Positions 26,501 through 40,273 of a DNA stretch of 64,000 nucleotides are shown here, in pieces. A program made the position numbers and the translations under genes. Below the pieces are notes generated by a model, which worked only from the letters and a program-made list of their open reading frames with translations, did no database searches and was not told the origin of the DNA. Position 1 is the stretch's first letter, and every line of letters starts with the position of its first letter. The stretch is from Felis catus (Eukaryota), in assembly GCF_018350175.1 (NCBI RefSeq), contig NC_058368.1, positions 134,790,001 through 134,854,000 on the forward strand, given 5' to 3'.

Positions 26501-28359
26501 TGCTTAAGCAGCTCTACCATACCGCCGAAGGCCCCTCGGGCGGGATGTCTGTGCTCTGTGACGAGGCTACATTCCTGGACACAGCCCATCGGCCAGGAGG
26601 GCACCCCTGAGCCAAAGATGATCCCCTGGCTTGCCAGGGACCTGTGACATGATGACGTGACCTGGTATCAGGCGATGAGTTGAACAACCAGGTTTTTCCA
26701 CTTGCAGGAAACAGACCCAAGAAAAACTAAAGACAATGAAGCAGTTGTGTGAGTTACTCTCCCTTTGGGCAGAAGAACCTCACCAGAACAGGAGGCTGGG
26801 AGGAGGCCATTAAAGTCGTGTTGGAATCTGTGGGATGTAAATGGTTAAAATATTAACTTTTAAGTTCGCACTCACTTGACTAGCGCCTCTCAAAATGTTT
26901 TTTACATATATATGACATTATATATTTATAAAATGGGGCAACATATATCAAACAGTGTATATAATGCTATATGTGAACATGTCTGATGGCACAGTGTATA
27001 AGGCAAAACAGACAAGGCGCTGTTGATTCAATCATGCAAATATTCCTTTGTGATTGAGTTTGCTAATTTCATTAAAATCGGCTTGAAAGGATTGAAAGTT
27101 AGTTGTAGCCTGCTACTCCCCTAGCCATCGGATGCTTGTAGTTACATGTACGGTTATATTGTAACTGTCATTTGTGGTCTAATCTTCCCCAGAAGGGAAA
27201 CTTGAGAAACCCGGTCAGCTTTAACATTGAGAGGAAGTTTAAACATTGGAGCATAAAATTCATGGTTGTTTAGGTTGAAACTCCGTTTCCTGTCAGACCA
27301 CATCGATCCAACTCTTCTGCGAATGGAATCGTCTAACTGTGGCCCGCATTCAGGACAAGTTTCATAAGATGCACTGAATGTTTACTCGTGTTGGCTTCCG
27401 GAGCCTGTGTAGCAGACCCCAAGACCTCTGCCTATCCAATGGCAGCGTGGTCGAATAAGGGAATTTGTCTAATCACATAACTATTTTATCCCCTTAGCTG
27501 CTTTTTGGCGAATTCCAACTTCGCTGTTCCATCCTTTAGTTAGTATTTTGAGTATTTTTAGGTCTAAGGGTGAAAAAACATTTTGGGGGTGTGGGGGTAG
27601 TGTTAGTTACGGTCTGGCTATAGGACTAGTTGCCTTTCATATACTCTGAAAAAGAAAGGTGGGGACAGCTTTACAATCATCTTTTTGTCCCAAAATACAG
27701 AACACTGTCCCTCCCACCTCGCAGGTATCCCCCATGCAATCCATTTTCTAGAACACGTTTGAAATATAACTGAAGCTTTTGCTTAACAATCTCTTGATTC
27801 AATAATCTCTAGGGGACCATCTTTAGCCAGCCTCAGATGTTACGTTTAGTTCACATTTTGAAACGTTTCAAATTTTATATCCCAGCAAATGTAGTTTGTA
27901 ATCTCCAAATTATGTTGTCTCACATTTAATGTATAATTTGCTAAGAGAAGGAAATGAAGAAGGCTGGGAGTTAATAGTTATAGCAACCAAAGCTTCTTAA
28001 AATGAAGGCAAAAATCCTTTGCTTATAGAAGTTGAAGAGATCATTACTGATTGGTGTAGCCTTTTCCCAGAAATCTATCTCACTGAGTTGATATTTAATG
28101 TTTTAGGCATACGCATTGTAGGCTCTGATTAATTTTGTTGCCTTATTCAGGACCTTTCATTTACCGGCATGTCACTAAATGATGACATGAATTTTTGATT
28201 TGCTAAAAAGGTTGCCTTTGCAATTTTTTCATATTACCCTTTTTAGTTTGTTGCATCTGGTTTCTGCCTTTTTCTTAAACACGTGTAAGATGAAATGTTT
28301 TACCCCTGGGATGAAAAGTTTGAAATTTCTTCACCATGATTCTTAAAGTTTGCTGGCAT

Positions 28360-28545
28360 GCGTTGAGCCCTTGCTTTGAGCCAGGCACCCATGCTGTGTG
28401 CACTGCCCACATTATCTCACTTATTCCACTTTTCAGGTTGAGGCTAAGAGAAAGAATCATGCCCAGAAGCAAACACTAGTAAATAGTAGAGAGCTGGGAT
28501 TTGCATGCCGACTCTGATTTCCATGTGCTTTCTGACATCACACTG
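28360..28545 (-). mobile_element. MIR remnant
   Basis: gagccaggcac...tgaggctaagaga...ctagtaaatagtagagagctgggatttg. Confidence 0.6.
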
Positions 28546-28794
28546 TTTCCCACCCTCAAAGTGGAACGGATAAAGAAAGGAACCTCCAGCAGCATTAACT
28601 TACCCAGAGGCTATGTCATATCAAACCTATCACTGATTCTGGAAGCGAATATTAAGTGAATATTAGGAAGAAGTGGCCTATGTGTTGGACTCTTTAGATA
28701 GGGTCTCGCAACTCTATAATCCTTGGTCATTTTCAGTTACCCTCGAACTAATTTAAAAATCTTCAAGATATAGGTATTAAAAATGCTTGATTAG

Positions 28795-29009
28795 TGGCGC
28801 CTGGGTGGCTCAGTCCGTTGGGTGTCCAGCTTCGGCTCAGGTCATGGTCCCGCTGTTCGTGAGTTCGAGCCCCGCGTCAGGCTCTGTGCTGACAGCTCGG
28901 AGCCTGGAGCCTGCTTCGGATGCTGTGTCTCCCTCTCTCTTTGCCCCTCCCCCATTCACGCTGTGTCTGTCTCTCTCTCAAAAATAAATGTTAAAAAAAA
29001 GTCTTTTAA
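28795..29009 (+). mobile_element. Feline Can-SINE
   Basis: ggcgcctgggtggctcagtccgttg head. 16-bp TSD aaaaatgcttgattag (28779-28794 / 29010-29025). Confidence 0.96.
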
Positions 29010-32000
29010 AAAAATGCTTGATTAGCCAGTATCTTGTTTCCATCAAGATCATGTACGTGAACCATATATCAAACCGGAGACTTAGTTGAGACTCTTCGTA
29101 CAAAATCATCAATTTCTTTAGAAGTTTTCTTACAATAAAGAGGGAAGACTCTGAAATACTGCAAGTTAAAGCAATGACCTCATTCCATCCAGGTGAAAGT
29201 ATTGTGCTATTAGAACATTATCAGTGTTTGAACCTAGACCTGGACTCGTTTATAGCAATTACAATCTAGAAGAATGTTGGTGCTTTAATTGCTTGACTTA
29301 GTAAAAGTTTAATCTTCAAGAAGAGAGCAGCGCTGACTAAGAGCAGATGAGGCTGGACAGGGGATCAGGCGTCCGCACTTCTCCACATGACCCCATGTTG
29401 AGTCTTGCTCAGAGAGCACAGCAGTCACATTTGGGTTCCTGTCCCACTCGTGATGTATGAAGGCAGAAGAAAAGTTTTCGATGCTGGGTGATCCCGTTAA
29501 ACCGTCAAGATGAATTTGAGGCAGGGGCATGCCCAGAAAGAGAAGTCTTCTGTGGGTAGATAGACACACAGATGCTTTCCCAGGACCTGTCCAGGAGAGA
29601 GAGGTTAAGCGGGAGGTGACACAAAGACAAATAATTCCACCCCTCATAGGAGTCAGGGTCTCCTGTCTATACCTGTTTGGGAAAATTCACTGCTGTGAAA
29701 TGGGAGGGATCTGGGGCTGAGGGGTAGTGTAGGGATAGCCCAAGGCTGAGCTGTGGCCAAGGATTTCTCAATCCTTAAGGCCTTGAGGCCGCCTCCTCAA
29801 GCCTGCCATTTTTCAGACTTAACCCTCAGTTTTCTAGGTACGTTGGAGTATGTCTATAGGGAAAGCCCCTGGCTTGGGATTAGTCAAGCTAGCCAGAGAA
29901 AAAATGGATCTGAGCAGGAATATAATTTGCTGACCCCCGTCTGAGAGGTTAACATTTTCATTTATGTTTCACATGACTCATTTTAAATTACAGTGCTCTA
30001 CAGATATAGGAAGAAGCCTTCCTCTTCCCACCCTCCCCCAGACACCACATAATGGAAAAAGCAAGAATTTTCAGCATAAGCATGTTTTTTTTTTTGTTTT
30101 TTTTTTTTTTCTTAAAACAAAAAGCCAGTCTCTGATGGGACTTTTTTCCTGCCAGATTCCCACTGGTGCACTGTCGCAATTTTTACAAAAGGCCACGATG
30201 AAAGAGGAAGGCCCATTTTGAGGCCTTTGCCTCTGTGTTATTTGAAACACACTTGTGTTTCTGTCCTGGGTATCAGAAGAATTGTTATTTTTGAACCTTT
30301 CATAGGCATGTAAAACCTGGGCTCTCGGTTAAATTTTGGTGAAGAAAAGATTTGTTTGCTGCTATGATTAGACACATAAAACTTAGAAAGGTTTTGATGT
30401 TGTGTTTCCTGTTTTAAAAAACGTGTCCTCTCTTACAGTCTCTGACTAGCTGAGAGCATTTCCCTCAGAGAAAATTCATCTCTGGGAAGAATCATCTATG
30501 TGGAGGTCATAACCTAGAACATTTTTCAAAGGAAGTTTCAGTGAATTGAAAGAGGGCGGAGTTAGGAAGCTCCAAGTTCTGTTCTCTCACAGCTGTAGCT
30601 GAATAAACCATTTCAGCCTGGATTCCGGAGGTCCCCTAGTTTGTTGCAAACTTGTCTACACACGTCACTGATGTCCCTTCACAGTGGAGGAGAGAGGTAG
30701 CCTGGGGGCCCCACTGGGAATTTGTACCAATGGTCCTACCTTTCTTTCCTCCTCAAAATGTTCACTGAAGAGAATATGGGTGAACAGCTGTGGAAGACAG
30801 AGGTGTCCAGTCACAGCCTTTCTTTGTCTTTAGAGGCAGTGTAGTTGGCTAAACAAAAAGAAGCTACCTGGGGACTGGGTCCCGGCCCAGGACTGTAAAC
30901 ATAAAGCAAGTGCTTAGTTAACTTCGGTGGCTCAGGGGCAGAGACAAGTTAGCTTTGGGATTCAGATCCCGAGACATCTGCCATTCCCCAGTCACGTGGA
31001 CCAGAGTGACAAGGGACTATTTAATTGAAACTGCATAAAATGGTTCCTTAAGCTTCATGGACAATTGAGTAACTTCAGTTTCCTTGTACTCTTGTTTACT
31101 TCCTGCTCCTCTAGAATCGAGCATTAGTTATTCTGGTCTCTTCCAATGAGAAGATTAAACAGCTGTAGTTTAAATTAAAGCATTAATTTGGAGTGTTGTG
31201 TGGCTGCATTAATTATATCTTTACTAAGATGACATTCCTGCGGATTTGACAGATGCGTATATGCAAACCAAAGCTTTATCAGGAGCAAACCGAAATTCTG
31301 TTAATCACTGATCCTTGGTGATCTTTTATTTATACATAGAAACCTTTTAAAATTGAAAGAATTTGACTTGATTTTTTTCTTCTAGTTAGGTACAAGAAAA
31401 ACAAGAATTTGAGCCTGAAACACAGTCGCAAGGAGTGCATTTGCATTGGATGCAGGACTCAGGGGAGGAGGAAATTCTGTTCTTTCATTCAGTGGAACTT
31501 AGCCGAAAGCACGCGTTGAAAGTTTCTTACCTAAATGGGTCTTAATTAAAGACTTGAGGATGTATTTCTTTTAATTGGATTATTAAGCTCACTCAGTGGC
31601 CCTTGTGAAAACTTGTCTTTTGACTGCATATTTCATATCGAGCACCAAGTTAAATTTCTGCGGTGGGGTGAAGAGTATTTGCTGTAACCATAATTGTAGG
31701 TCAGGCAGAATGTATTAATGCCGCCGTTCACCGAATAGTTGACTGGTCAGATCCATCTTAATTCCAAGTTTTCTCCCTTTGTTTTCTAATACTAGTCGTA
31801 AGACAGCCTAGGCATTAGAAAAACGTACCTCTTTGAACTCAGATCTCATGTGGCAGTCAGTGGGACTAGAGGTAAGAAATAACAGCTTTAACTGAACCTC
31901 ATTTCCAGTTGTGTAACGTTTTGTTGACTAGCACACCCCATGGGTTTTATAGACAATTTCTAAAGAAACCCAAAGCAGTGTATAGTTTAATCAACTTCCC

Positions 32001-34145
32001 TGCATCCGTTTGGCATGAGGAATTATTTTTGTTATTGAAGGGACAAACCAGGGGTGAAGTGACTCACAGTTAATTGCCGGATTAAATCAGGCATCCAAAT
32101 CACTCACTTCGGGTTGGTTCTCTGAGTCTCAGCTGCTGTCTTCAAAAGAAAGAAATACATTTCAGCATCCTAAAAGAACCTAGCACACAATACGCGATGG
32201 GTCTTTCTAACTCTCTTTGTGTCCTATTCCAAAGAGGCTGCCTCCTGTTTTGAGGAAGATTGTGAACTACTTTTGTACATGAGCAAATTCCTATTTCATA
32301 ATTATTGTACTGTAAGTGGATCTGTTTAACAGTGGTTGCACCTGTGGGAAAGTTTAGGACTTCTGATAAATATGCTTTCTTTCTTCATTGATTTCAAGCT
32401 GGTTGAGTTTGGAATGTCCTGTAAGTTTGGGTGTTTGTGGGCATTTGGAAGATGTATAGGAGGAGGAGTTTGTTACTAATGTTGTAGGCTCACCGAAGCA
32501 ACCATTGCACTTTTTTGTTCAACGTCATTTTTCATTGTTCTTGCTTATGTTAGAACACTTATGAACAGGCTGGGCTTTGAACAATGCCCTTGGCCAACCG
32601 TTAGTCCTAATTACTGAGACTAATTTGCCATGTGTCGTAAGGATGGTAACATACTTCACTTTGGTTTTCTCATCTGTAAAATAGAATTTAATGACGCTCC
32701 GCCAACCAGAGGATTTTGGTGAGGCATCGTGGTCCCAACCAAGCCCCTAAAAAATTAGAGTATTAAAAACCTAGTATTTGGCAAAAATCAGCAACTCGTT
32801 GATACCATTCAAAAATTTTAAAAACGCGTTTGGCACGCACACAAAAGAAGTTCTTAAAATTAAGTGATGTGTTTAGATCTGAAGGGAATGAGAAGAATTG
32901 GAATTGTTTAGCCACAGGAAATAAGGACCTCGAGCCGATTTAAACATCTGGAAATTTATGAAACAATTCTTTTGTATCTTCTTTGTGGCTATCCCAAGAA
33001 GAAATGAGGTTAAATGACAGCAGAAATGACAGAAGCTACACAGCCCTGGCTGTGGCACTGACCAGTTTTCTGAGACTCATTCTTGAACCTTGTCTTTGCT
33101 TCCAAGGAAAGGGGCAGTGCTTTCGCCAAACACCTGTGTGCTGGCATAGTGCTCTCTTCCTTACAACAGTGTCTTCCTGTGTGCTTACCAAGTCTGGTCC
33201 CCTAGAAGATGTACTCTGGTCAACTCCTGTATTCTTTTTACATTATGCATCTTCATGACCTATATACCATTTGGGTGTATTCTGTACTTATTATCTGCCT
33301 TCCTTTGGTGTAATAACGCTGTCAAAACCATACCCAGGAAAAAAGTGTCATTTTGCTCCCTCTGTTCGGTATGTTTCTTAACTGAAAAAATCGTCAGGTC
33401 GTCATCTTTTTTTTTTTTTTCTTACCAAGCCAAAATTACAGTAATGTAATAAATCACAACTATTTCGCCTTTATGATTAATAATCATTTATTAGATAGCT
33501 CATTGGTAAATGACGTTCCGAGTCTTGACAGGAGGGAGGAAAAAAAATCTTTCTACACTGAAGGTTTTGCTTAAATAGTCTTGGCAATAAAGATTGCCAC
33601 CTATTGGTTAAAAAAAGAAGTAAAACTAAAAGATGTTTGCCCATCTAACAGATAGTGGGTGTGATCAGAACGGAATTACTTTGATGGTGCTTTTAGCTGA
33701 GATATTTGAAAGCGTGTGATTTGATGAGGAATTCTTACTCTGTGCTTTCTTTTTTTCATACCCTGTCTCATTAAATCATAGTAGATATTGATGGAGAGGA
33801 GGTGTGCTGCTCTCATGATCCCTTTCTTAAAAGCATAGTTTAGAGATGGTCAGAATTCCACTTTAATGGACTATTAATGGATACATGCATGTTTAATTAG
33901 ACAAATTTGGAGGTTTGATTTTGAAAACATTTTTCTAACTTTACTGTTAATTTGGTCTTTGCTTCACTCCAGCCTTTGAAATCCATCATTTCCTGTCCAA
34001 CCAAAATGGGATGGGCTTGGAGACATTGGCCTTCTGTGTCTTGGTGCCAGGATCTGCTTTTCTAGATCATGAACACTAGACAGAGAGCACTGCCCTGAGT
34101 GATGCCATCTCCCCATAGTCTTTGAACATCTTAAAGGTGCATTGG

Positions 34146-34162
34146 TAATAATAATAATAGTC

Positions 34163-34204
<42 letters not shown>

Positions 34205-34210
34205 TAATAA
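34146..34210. repeat. (TAA)n microsatellite
   Basis: Interrupted run of TAA units. Confidence 0.93.
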
Positions 34211-34258
34211 AAGGTGATTTTTTTTTGAAAAGTCTCAAATGTCTACAAACTTGGAACA

Positions 34259-34481
34259 TTTTTTTTTTCATGTTTATTCATTTTTGAGAGAGAAAGAGAG
34301 AGAAATAGACAGACCATGAGCAGGGGAGGGGCAGAGAGAGAGGGAGGCACAGAACTTGAAGCAGGCTCCAAACTCTGAGCTATCAGCAAAGAGCCCAACG
34401 TGGGGCTCAAACTCACAAACCGTGGGATCATGACCTGAGCCGAAGTTGGACGCTTAACCCGTTGAGCTGCCCAGGCATCTC
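34259..34481 (-). mobile_element. Can-SINE
   Basis: Poly-T, (GA)n, tgacctgagccgaagttggacgcttaac; degenerate TSD. Confidence 0.93.
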
Positions 34482-37400
34482 TGGAAAATGTTTTTAATAA
34501 ATCATTCCCCACTATTAAGATTGATACATAAATTCAGTTATTAAGAATACTTGGATACAAATATAAAACGGTAGCGCAGTAGAGTTTTTTTTATTGTTAA
34601 TGCTGTATCATCTTAAATCCACCTTTCCTCCCTATCCCAAATACCTAAACATGCTTCATTCAAATCTTGAGAAAATTAACACCTACATAAATTAGTGTTT
34701 TATTTGTGACTGTGTGTGTGTATGTATGTGTTGGTATATATCCTACCAAACTTAGGAATAAAGCCACCGGTCTCCCTGTATTGTGTCCTTATTTTTTGCT
34801 CACATGTCTACTCATATTTGGAATTTTAAGCCTTTTGATGTTAGCTACTTCCCAAATAATTATTTAATACCCTTTGGTGGCATTACATATTCCCCAAATT
34901 AATTGTTTCGGCAACCGTCCCCCGATTTTGCCCTGGGAACTTAGTACTCTATCAGCTAAAGGAAGAGGTAATATAAGGAAAATGGGGAGAACCATATGTT
35001 ATTTGCTTTAATTTTTATATAGTACACCTATATATGTGTGAAAAGAAAATATATAAACTGTTATAAAGCAACATATTGGTGAATTTAAATGAGTAGGCAC
35101 GATAAAAGCAAAAACCAAACACAAGAGTGGTCGGACTGAGTCCATAATAAATCAAGAAATGCTTTCTGAGGTAAGTAAAATATATTTATATTTTCCAGCA
35201 GATTTCTGTGGCTGTCTGCAGGAGGCTCGTACCTGGTGCCCGCGGTGTAATTTGAAGAGTTGAGATAGAGGAGGAAAGGTAGCTTTGTGAACGTTGTCAG
35301 AAGTTTTAAATCATGAGCATTTTATGTAGGAAAGTTGAAGTGCATTGTTATAATCAGTCTGTGTCATTTCCTTCTGCAAAGACCTGCCCATTTACCAGTA
35401 ATGATACCTTCTTTCTCTTCTATTTTTGTCCCTTCCTTAGGAAAAGGAATATATGCTTACTCACTATTTAAAATTCAGAGTCATTTTCCTGTTCTGGTTG
35501 GTTTTATTCATAACATTAAAGAAGAGTAGAATTAGGTGCATGTGAAACTTGGCTCTCTCTTCAATTTCTGCTTTTTTCAACTACCCAGCTCTTCTCCCCT
35601 TTTAAATTCTACTCTCATCCATCAACTGTGTATTGTGGTATCTCTCCTTGGTCTTTTTGTAGTGTGTTTCCATAAAAGCAGACACATTGGGCCTTTTAAA
35701 TGCTGCCCAGACAGATTATGTACCCTCTCACTTCAGAATATTGTACTGGGCAGCTGGATTTCATAACTAAACCGTTTTGTTCCCCCCCGCCCCCCCAAAT
35801 GACATTGGTTAGTTCAACAGACCATTCTGGGAATACTGCTGCCCTGTGTAGCTCGTTGCTGGGCTAGCACAAGAATGATTTAACCTCCCATAAAGCTACG
35901 TTTTAATAGGTGTTTATAGGTGTCACTTACCAAGCATTTCAAGTACTCTGAATGGGAATTCCTAGGAAGAAAAGTTAACACAGATCCTTCCTCAGTTGGG
36001 CCATTATTTGAACATTCCACATGGAAGGCAGTCGATAGAGTACTTGTGAGTCAATACATGGGTGAATAGGCCAGTGTCCTGACGTTGTTGCCCTGGAGAT
36101 TTGGAAGCAGTTCCTTGGGCACCCCTACTCACAGTCATTTGTTACATTCTTACTGTATGCCACTTAACTGGGCTGGATGTGGGGGTCAACATAGTGAATA
36201 GGGTATCTTCACTGTTATCTCTGAAGCTCAAACCCTGGTGGAGGGGAGCAGAGTGTGTGAGCTGAGCTCCGGCTGCAGCCGGGTGAGCAACAGTGTACCT
36301 TGGAAACAGGACAAGGCACCTTCCTTCACCGTTACCGCGCCCTCCTCCTTTTGCATCACTGCCCTTTCTCAGGTTGCTGGGGCTGTGTTGCCCCCTCCTC
36401 AGATTGTCTGGAGCAGGAGGAGGGAAGTGGGTACCTCCCACAGGGTCAGGGGTCTCAGTGACAGACCCCAGCAGAGGATAGGAAGGCGAGGGGAACCCCC
36501 CACCCCCACCCCTTGTTGCTCTCCTTGCATTGCCATACCTCCTGTGTTCCCTTCCTCCTAGCCCTTGTATTTCCCACTGCTCTGCCTGCCCCCTTGGCTC
36601 TGACATCATTTGCAAAGGGAGGTGGATTGGGTTACTCCCATGGGTCTTGACATACTTAGATACAGAAATTATCTTAAGTGCCTTAGGTTTCCATATTTAC
36701 ATACTAAAATTTTTATTGCCCATAATGTCACTGAAATAAGCCCATTTGTAGTCATCACCAGTGTAGTTATTCAGAATAACTTCTGTGAAACAGACTTGGG
36801 CGGTCTGATCTGGGGACCTGACCACCCTTTATGATATTCCTGCGTTCTGAGTTTTGCACAATCAACTCAGAAATGAGCTTTGGAAACCTAATCCCTATAT
36901 AAGTTGGAGACTTCCTGTGTTGATATTTAGCCATGTTAGGAAAGTTTTGTTAGATCTTCCGTATCCCCAGACTTCTGTGCTGCTCTGGGAGTTTGAATTG
37001 ACTCTCTTGGAGTTTTGGAAGTTAGTCACTCATTTTCAAAATGTGCTTACCAGAGCCACTGAGCTAAAGGAAACCTAATTCATATCCTAAAAGGCCCTTT
37101 TAAATCAAAAGTGTATATGTGATTACCTTATATGCATATTACTAAAATTAGCCTGGTGCTCCAACAGCTTGTTGCCTTGGGACTCCCCAAGGGAGGAGGG
37201 AAGTGAGGGAAATGATTAATTTCCTGACACAATAATCAACTCTTAGCTATTAAAGATTTATCTTCAGAACCTAGTCACGTGCCATGGGTTACCACTATTG
37301 CTTTCAGATAAGGATTCCATTTAAACTACCATTGGATTTACTTTTTATTTTATCTATTTTTTGCCAAAGAGCTTCTTTTAAGTAGGTAATACAGCGGTCC

Positions 37401-38611
37401 TGTTGTCTAACGTTGCCTTTGTCCTTATGGAAGTTAAAATTCCTGCATTCTAGATTTGATTTTAAAATAGCTATTTAATGTAGAGGGGAAATGTATTCTT
37501 CATAGAACCTTTGCAACACATCTCTCATTGCCGTGCTGTGCATAAGATGACTCAGAGATTCTTGGTTTAGAAGATGAAAGATGTCAACGGTTCCTGAGTC
37601 AGTTTTTCAATGTACTGTTATGTTAAAAAAAAAAAGTAATAATTTGAATAAGGAGCATGTCTTTATGAGGCCCAATGGCCCTCTAGGTTTTTACTTGTTG
37701 AGTAGAAGTAAGGGGGCCTGACATTTGTGAGCCATTGATGGACTCCCAAAGGAAGTGCATAAAAAGGGGCTTAAGTCAGTCTCCAGGTTGGGGTTGGGGG
37801 ATGCAGAAAGGCAGGAGGGGGAGTGGGTGCCTGTAGGCCTGGATTAATCAGCCACTGATTCCTGATGGGGGACCCAGCTGCAGAAAATAGGAAGGTTTTC
37901 TTGTGAACTAGAACTACAGGTCCTTCCTTTGAAATCTTCCAGCCTTTTTGTTAGTCCATTCTTCAGACTTTGTAGGTTTTATAATAGAATCTGTCAGTAT
38001 CCATAGAGGAAAGTGCCCAGTGGACACTGTGGAGAGAGAGGGAGAAAGGAGTGAACTGCATGTCCTCCGTGGAAGCACTCAGATTAGATCTGCAGGCCCC
38101 GCCCTGGTTGGGAGCTGGTGGAGCCTTGGCTGTGTGCGGAAGGAATGGCCGACCTTGGAGATGTTCTGGTTGGATCATAAGTTTGGGCTTGAAAACACTG
38201 CCTCCAGTTCAACTAGCAGGAATGAGGCAGAATTCACGATTTAATGTCTTGAGACCTCACCATTTGCCAAGTGTTGAGCAATCCTTCACATCTCCCCCAT
38301 TGAACCCAAGAGCTGGGACTTGCCTCACGGTGAGTCCCGCACAGATGAGAAAGGTCGGCTGCTTGCATCTTTCACTCGCGGCTGAGACTCAGATCCAGAC
38401 TATCTTAGACCACTCTTTACAGCTGTCCTGAGCCCAACGATCAACAGAATTACAGGCCCAATTTCAGGCCGACTTGAGGAGTTGGTGTCTAATGATGGGC
38501 AAGTACCTACATGTGTCTTTCATTATCCCGTTGCCGTAGGAGATGCTGTTTAAGTTGGCAGATGTACTTAGTGAAAGCAAAGCTTGTCACTGGTGAGATT
38601 ACTGATTTCAC

Positions 38612-38647
<36 letters not shown>

Positions 38648-40212
38648 AAATGCCAAGGGAGAGGGAGGAGAGTGTGTAGCATTTAAAAGTGTGGTGAAGC
38701 CATCAAGCTAACAAGAAAAAGTAGAATAAAATGTGGTTTCAATTTGCTGTCCTGGGCTTGGGATGATGATGTTTCAATAGTAAACCGGAGGGAGTGTATG
38801 TGTGGAGTGTGTGTTCTCTGAATTTCAGAATCCTAGTTGTTAATTTAGAATTAGAATTTAATTTATTTCAGTCCTCCCTGCCATACTCTGACAGTAAATT
38901 GGTGTTTTTCAAGGCACTTGGTGATGATCAGAATGAGGGTTTGCAGACCCTGAAGCCAGAAGTCCCCAACCTTGTTTGTGGAGAGGAGCTTCTTTTTATT
39001 TCCCGAGGCTTTGAGTTACGGGCGCAGAACCTGGAGTGTTGAGTGACCCATTCCAGCACTTAGCAACCTACCTGTGTGACACCCCACTGCCATCCAGTGG
39101 CAGCTGCCTGCACAGCACAGTAGCTGTGAAAGCTGCCTCCTCCTGCCTTCTCTTCCTTTTTGTTGCTCCCAGTTTTGTGTTTTACCCCAGATACTGCCTG
39201 ACACAGTATTTAATGAGAGAAATGAGCATATGTCCGGCTTAGGTAAGTCAGCGTAAATGTAAATTTATTTACCTTGCCCCTCCTTCCAAGCAATACTAAT
39301 GATTAATCTGCATTACTGTTCCCCCATTAGTAATAATTTGCATACTTTTTCCTTGAATGTGTTTTATTTTTTGGCTAAAGAATTAACGATTAGTGGTATT
39401 TCTGCTTGCTAGAGTTTTAATTTAAAGTGGGTCTTCACTGCTGTCTTTGTGTTTGTGCTTTGAACGATGGTTTCCCAGTTTCCAAGTATGTTTCTTGACA
39501 CTTACCCTACATTTCAGTTGAGGATTTACGTGTCCCATAGGATTGGAGCTGGACTCGGAGAAAGAGCCAGCTAGCAAATGGAATGATTCTGTCTTGTGAA
39601 AGGTTCCAGCCCTTTTACACTAGACTCGGAGAAGTAGAAAACAAATATTCTTGGGAAGAAACTGGGTTTGTTAGAACTTGGCTAGAAATTTTAGGAAAGG
39701 AAAGAACATTTCCTCTGGCCTCAGGAGCACATTCAATGTGAAGTATTACTCTTTTTTTAAAAGAGCTAAACTTAAATTTATCTTTGGGTCATACGTTTGA
39801 CTTGAAAATAAATTGATGTGATCCTTACTTTAAAAAAGGTTCAGAATCCTCCTTTTTCATGAAACGATGGTCTGGAAAGTTCGGCAAGATGCTCTCCACA
39901 TCAGCTATTAACTAAAAGCAGCTGGGACTTAGAGAGGTGTTTGCAAATATCTACAGGGAGATGGGAGATTGGTGAAATGTGATACAGGTTAATTCCAGCT
40001 GCACACATTTGCCTTATTAGAGTCGTTTATGGTCAATGAAATGCATGCTTCTTACATACATCACTGTAGTCCTATTCTCTCAGCACTTGACTAAGCAGGT
40101 GGAAAGTTTATTTAGTCCGAGGAATTACTGAAAACAATGAACTATAAACCCATCTATATCCATTCCAGGAGCTATTAAATATCTACATTTTATCTTCCCA
40201 TGAATCCCTTTA

Positions 40213-40240
40213 TTTTTTTCTTTCTTTCTTTCTTTCTTCT

Positions 40241-40272
<32 letters not shown>
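40213..40272. repeat. (TTTC)n / poly-T tract
   Basis: Read directly. Confidence 0.9.

Positions 40273-40273
<1 letters not shown>

Noticed and set aside
37548..37601. Pair of AP-1 heptamers
   Set aside because: Short motifs that occur several times in the window; not enough alone to call an enhancer.
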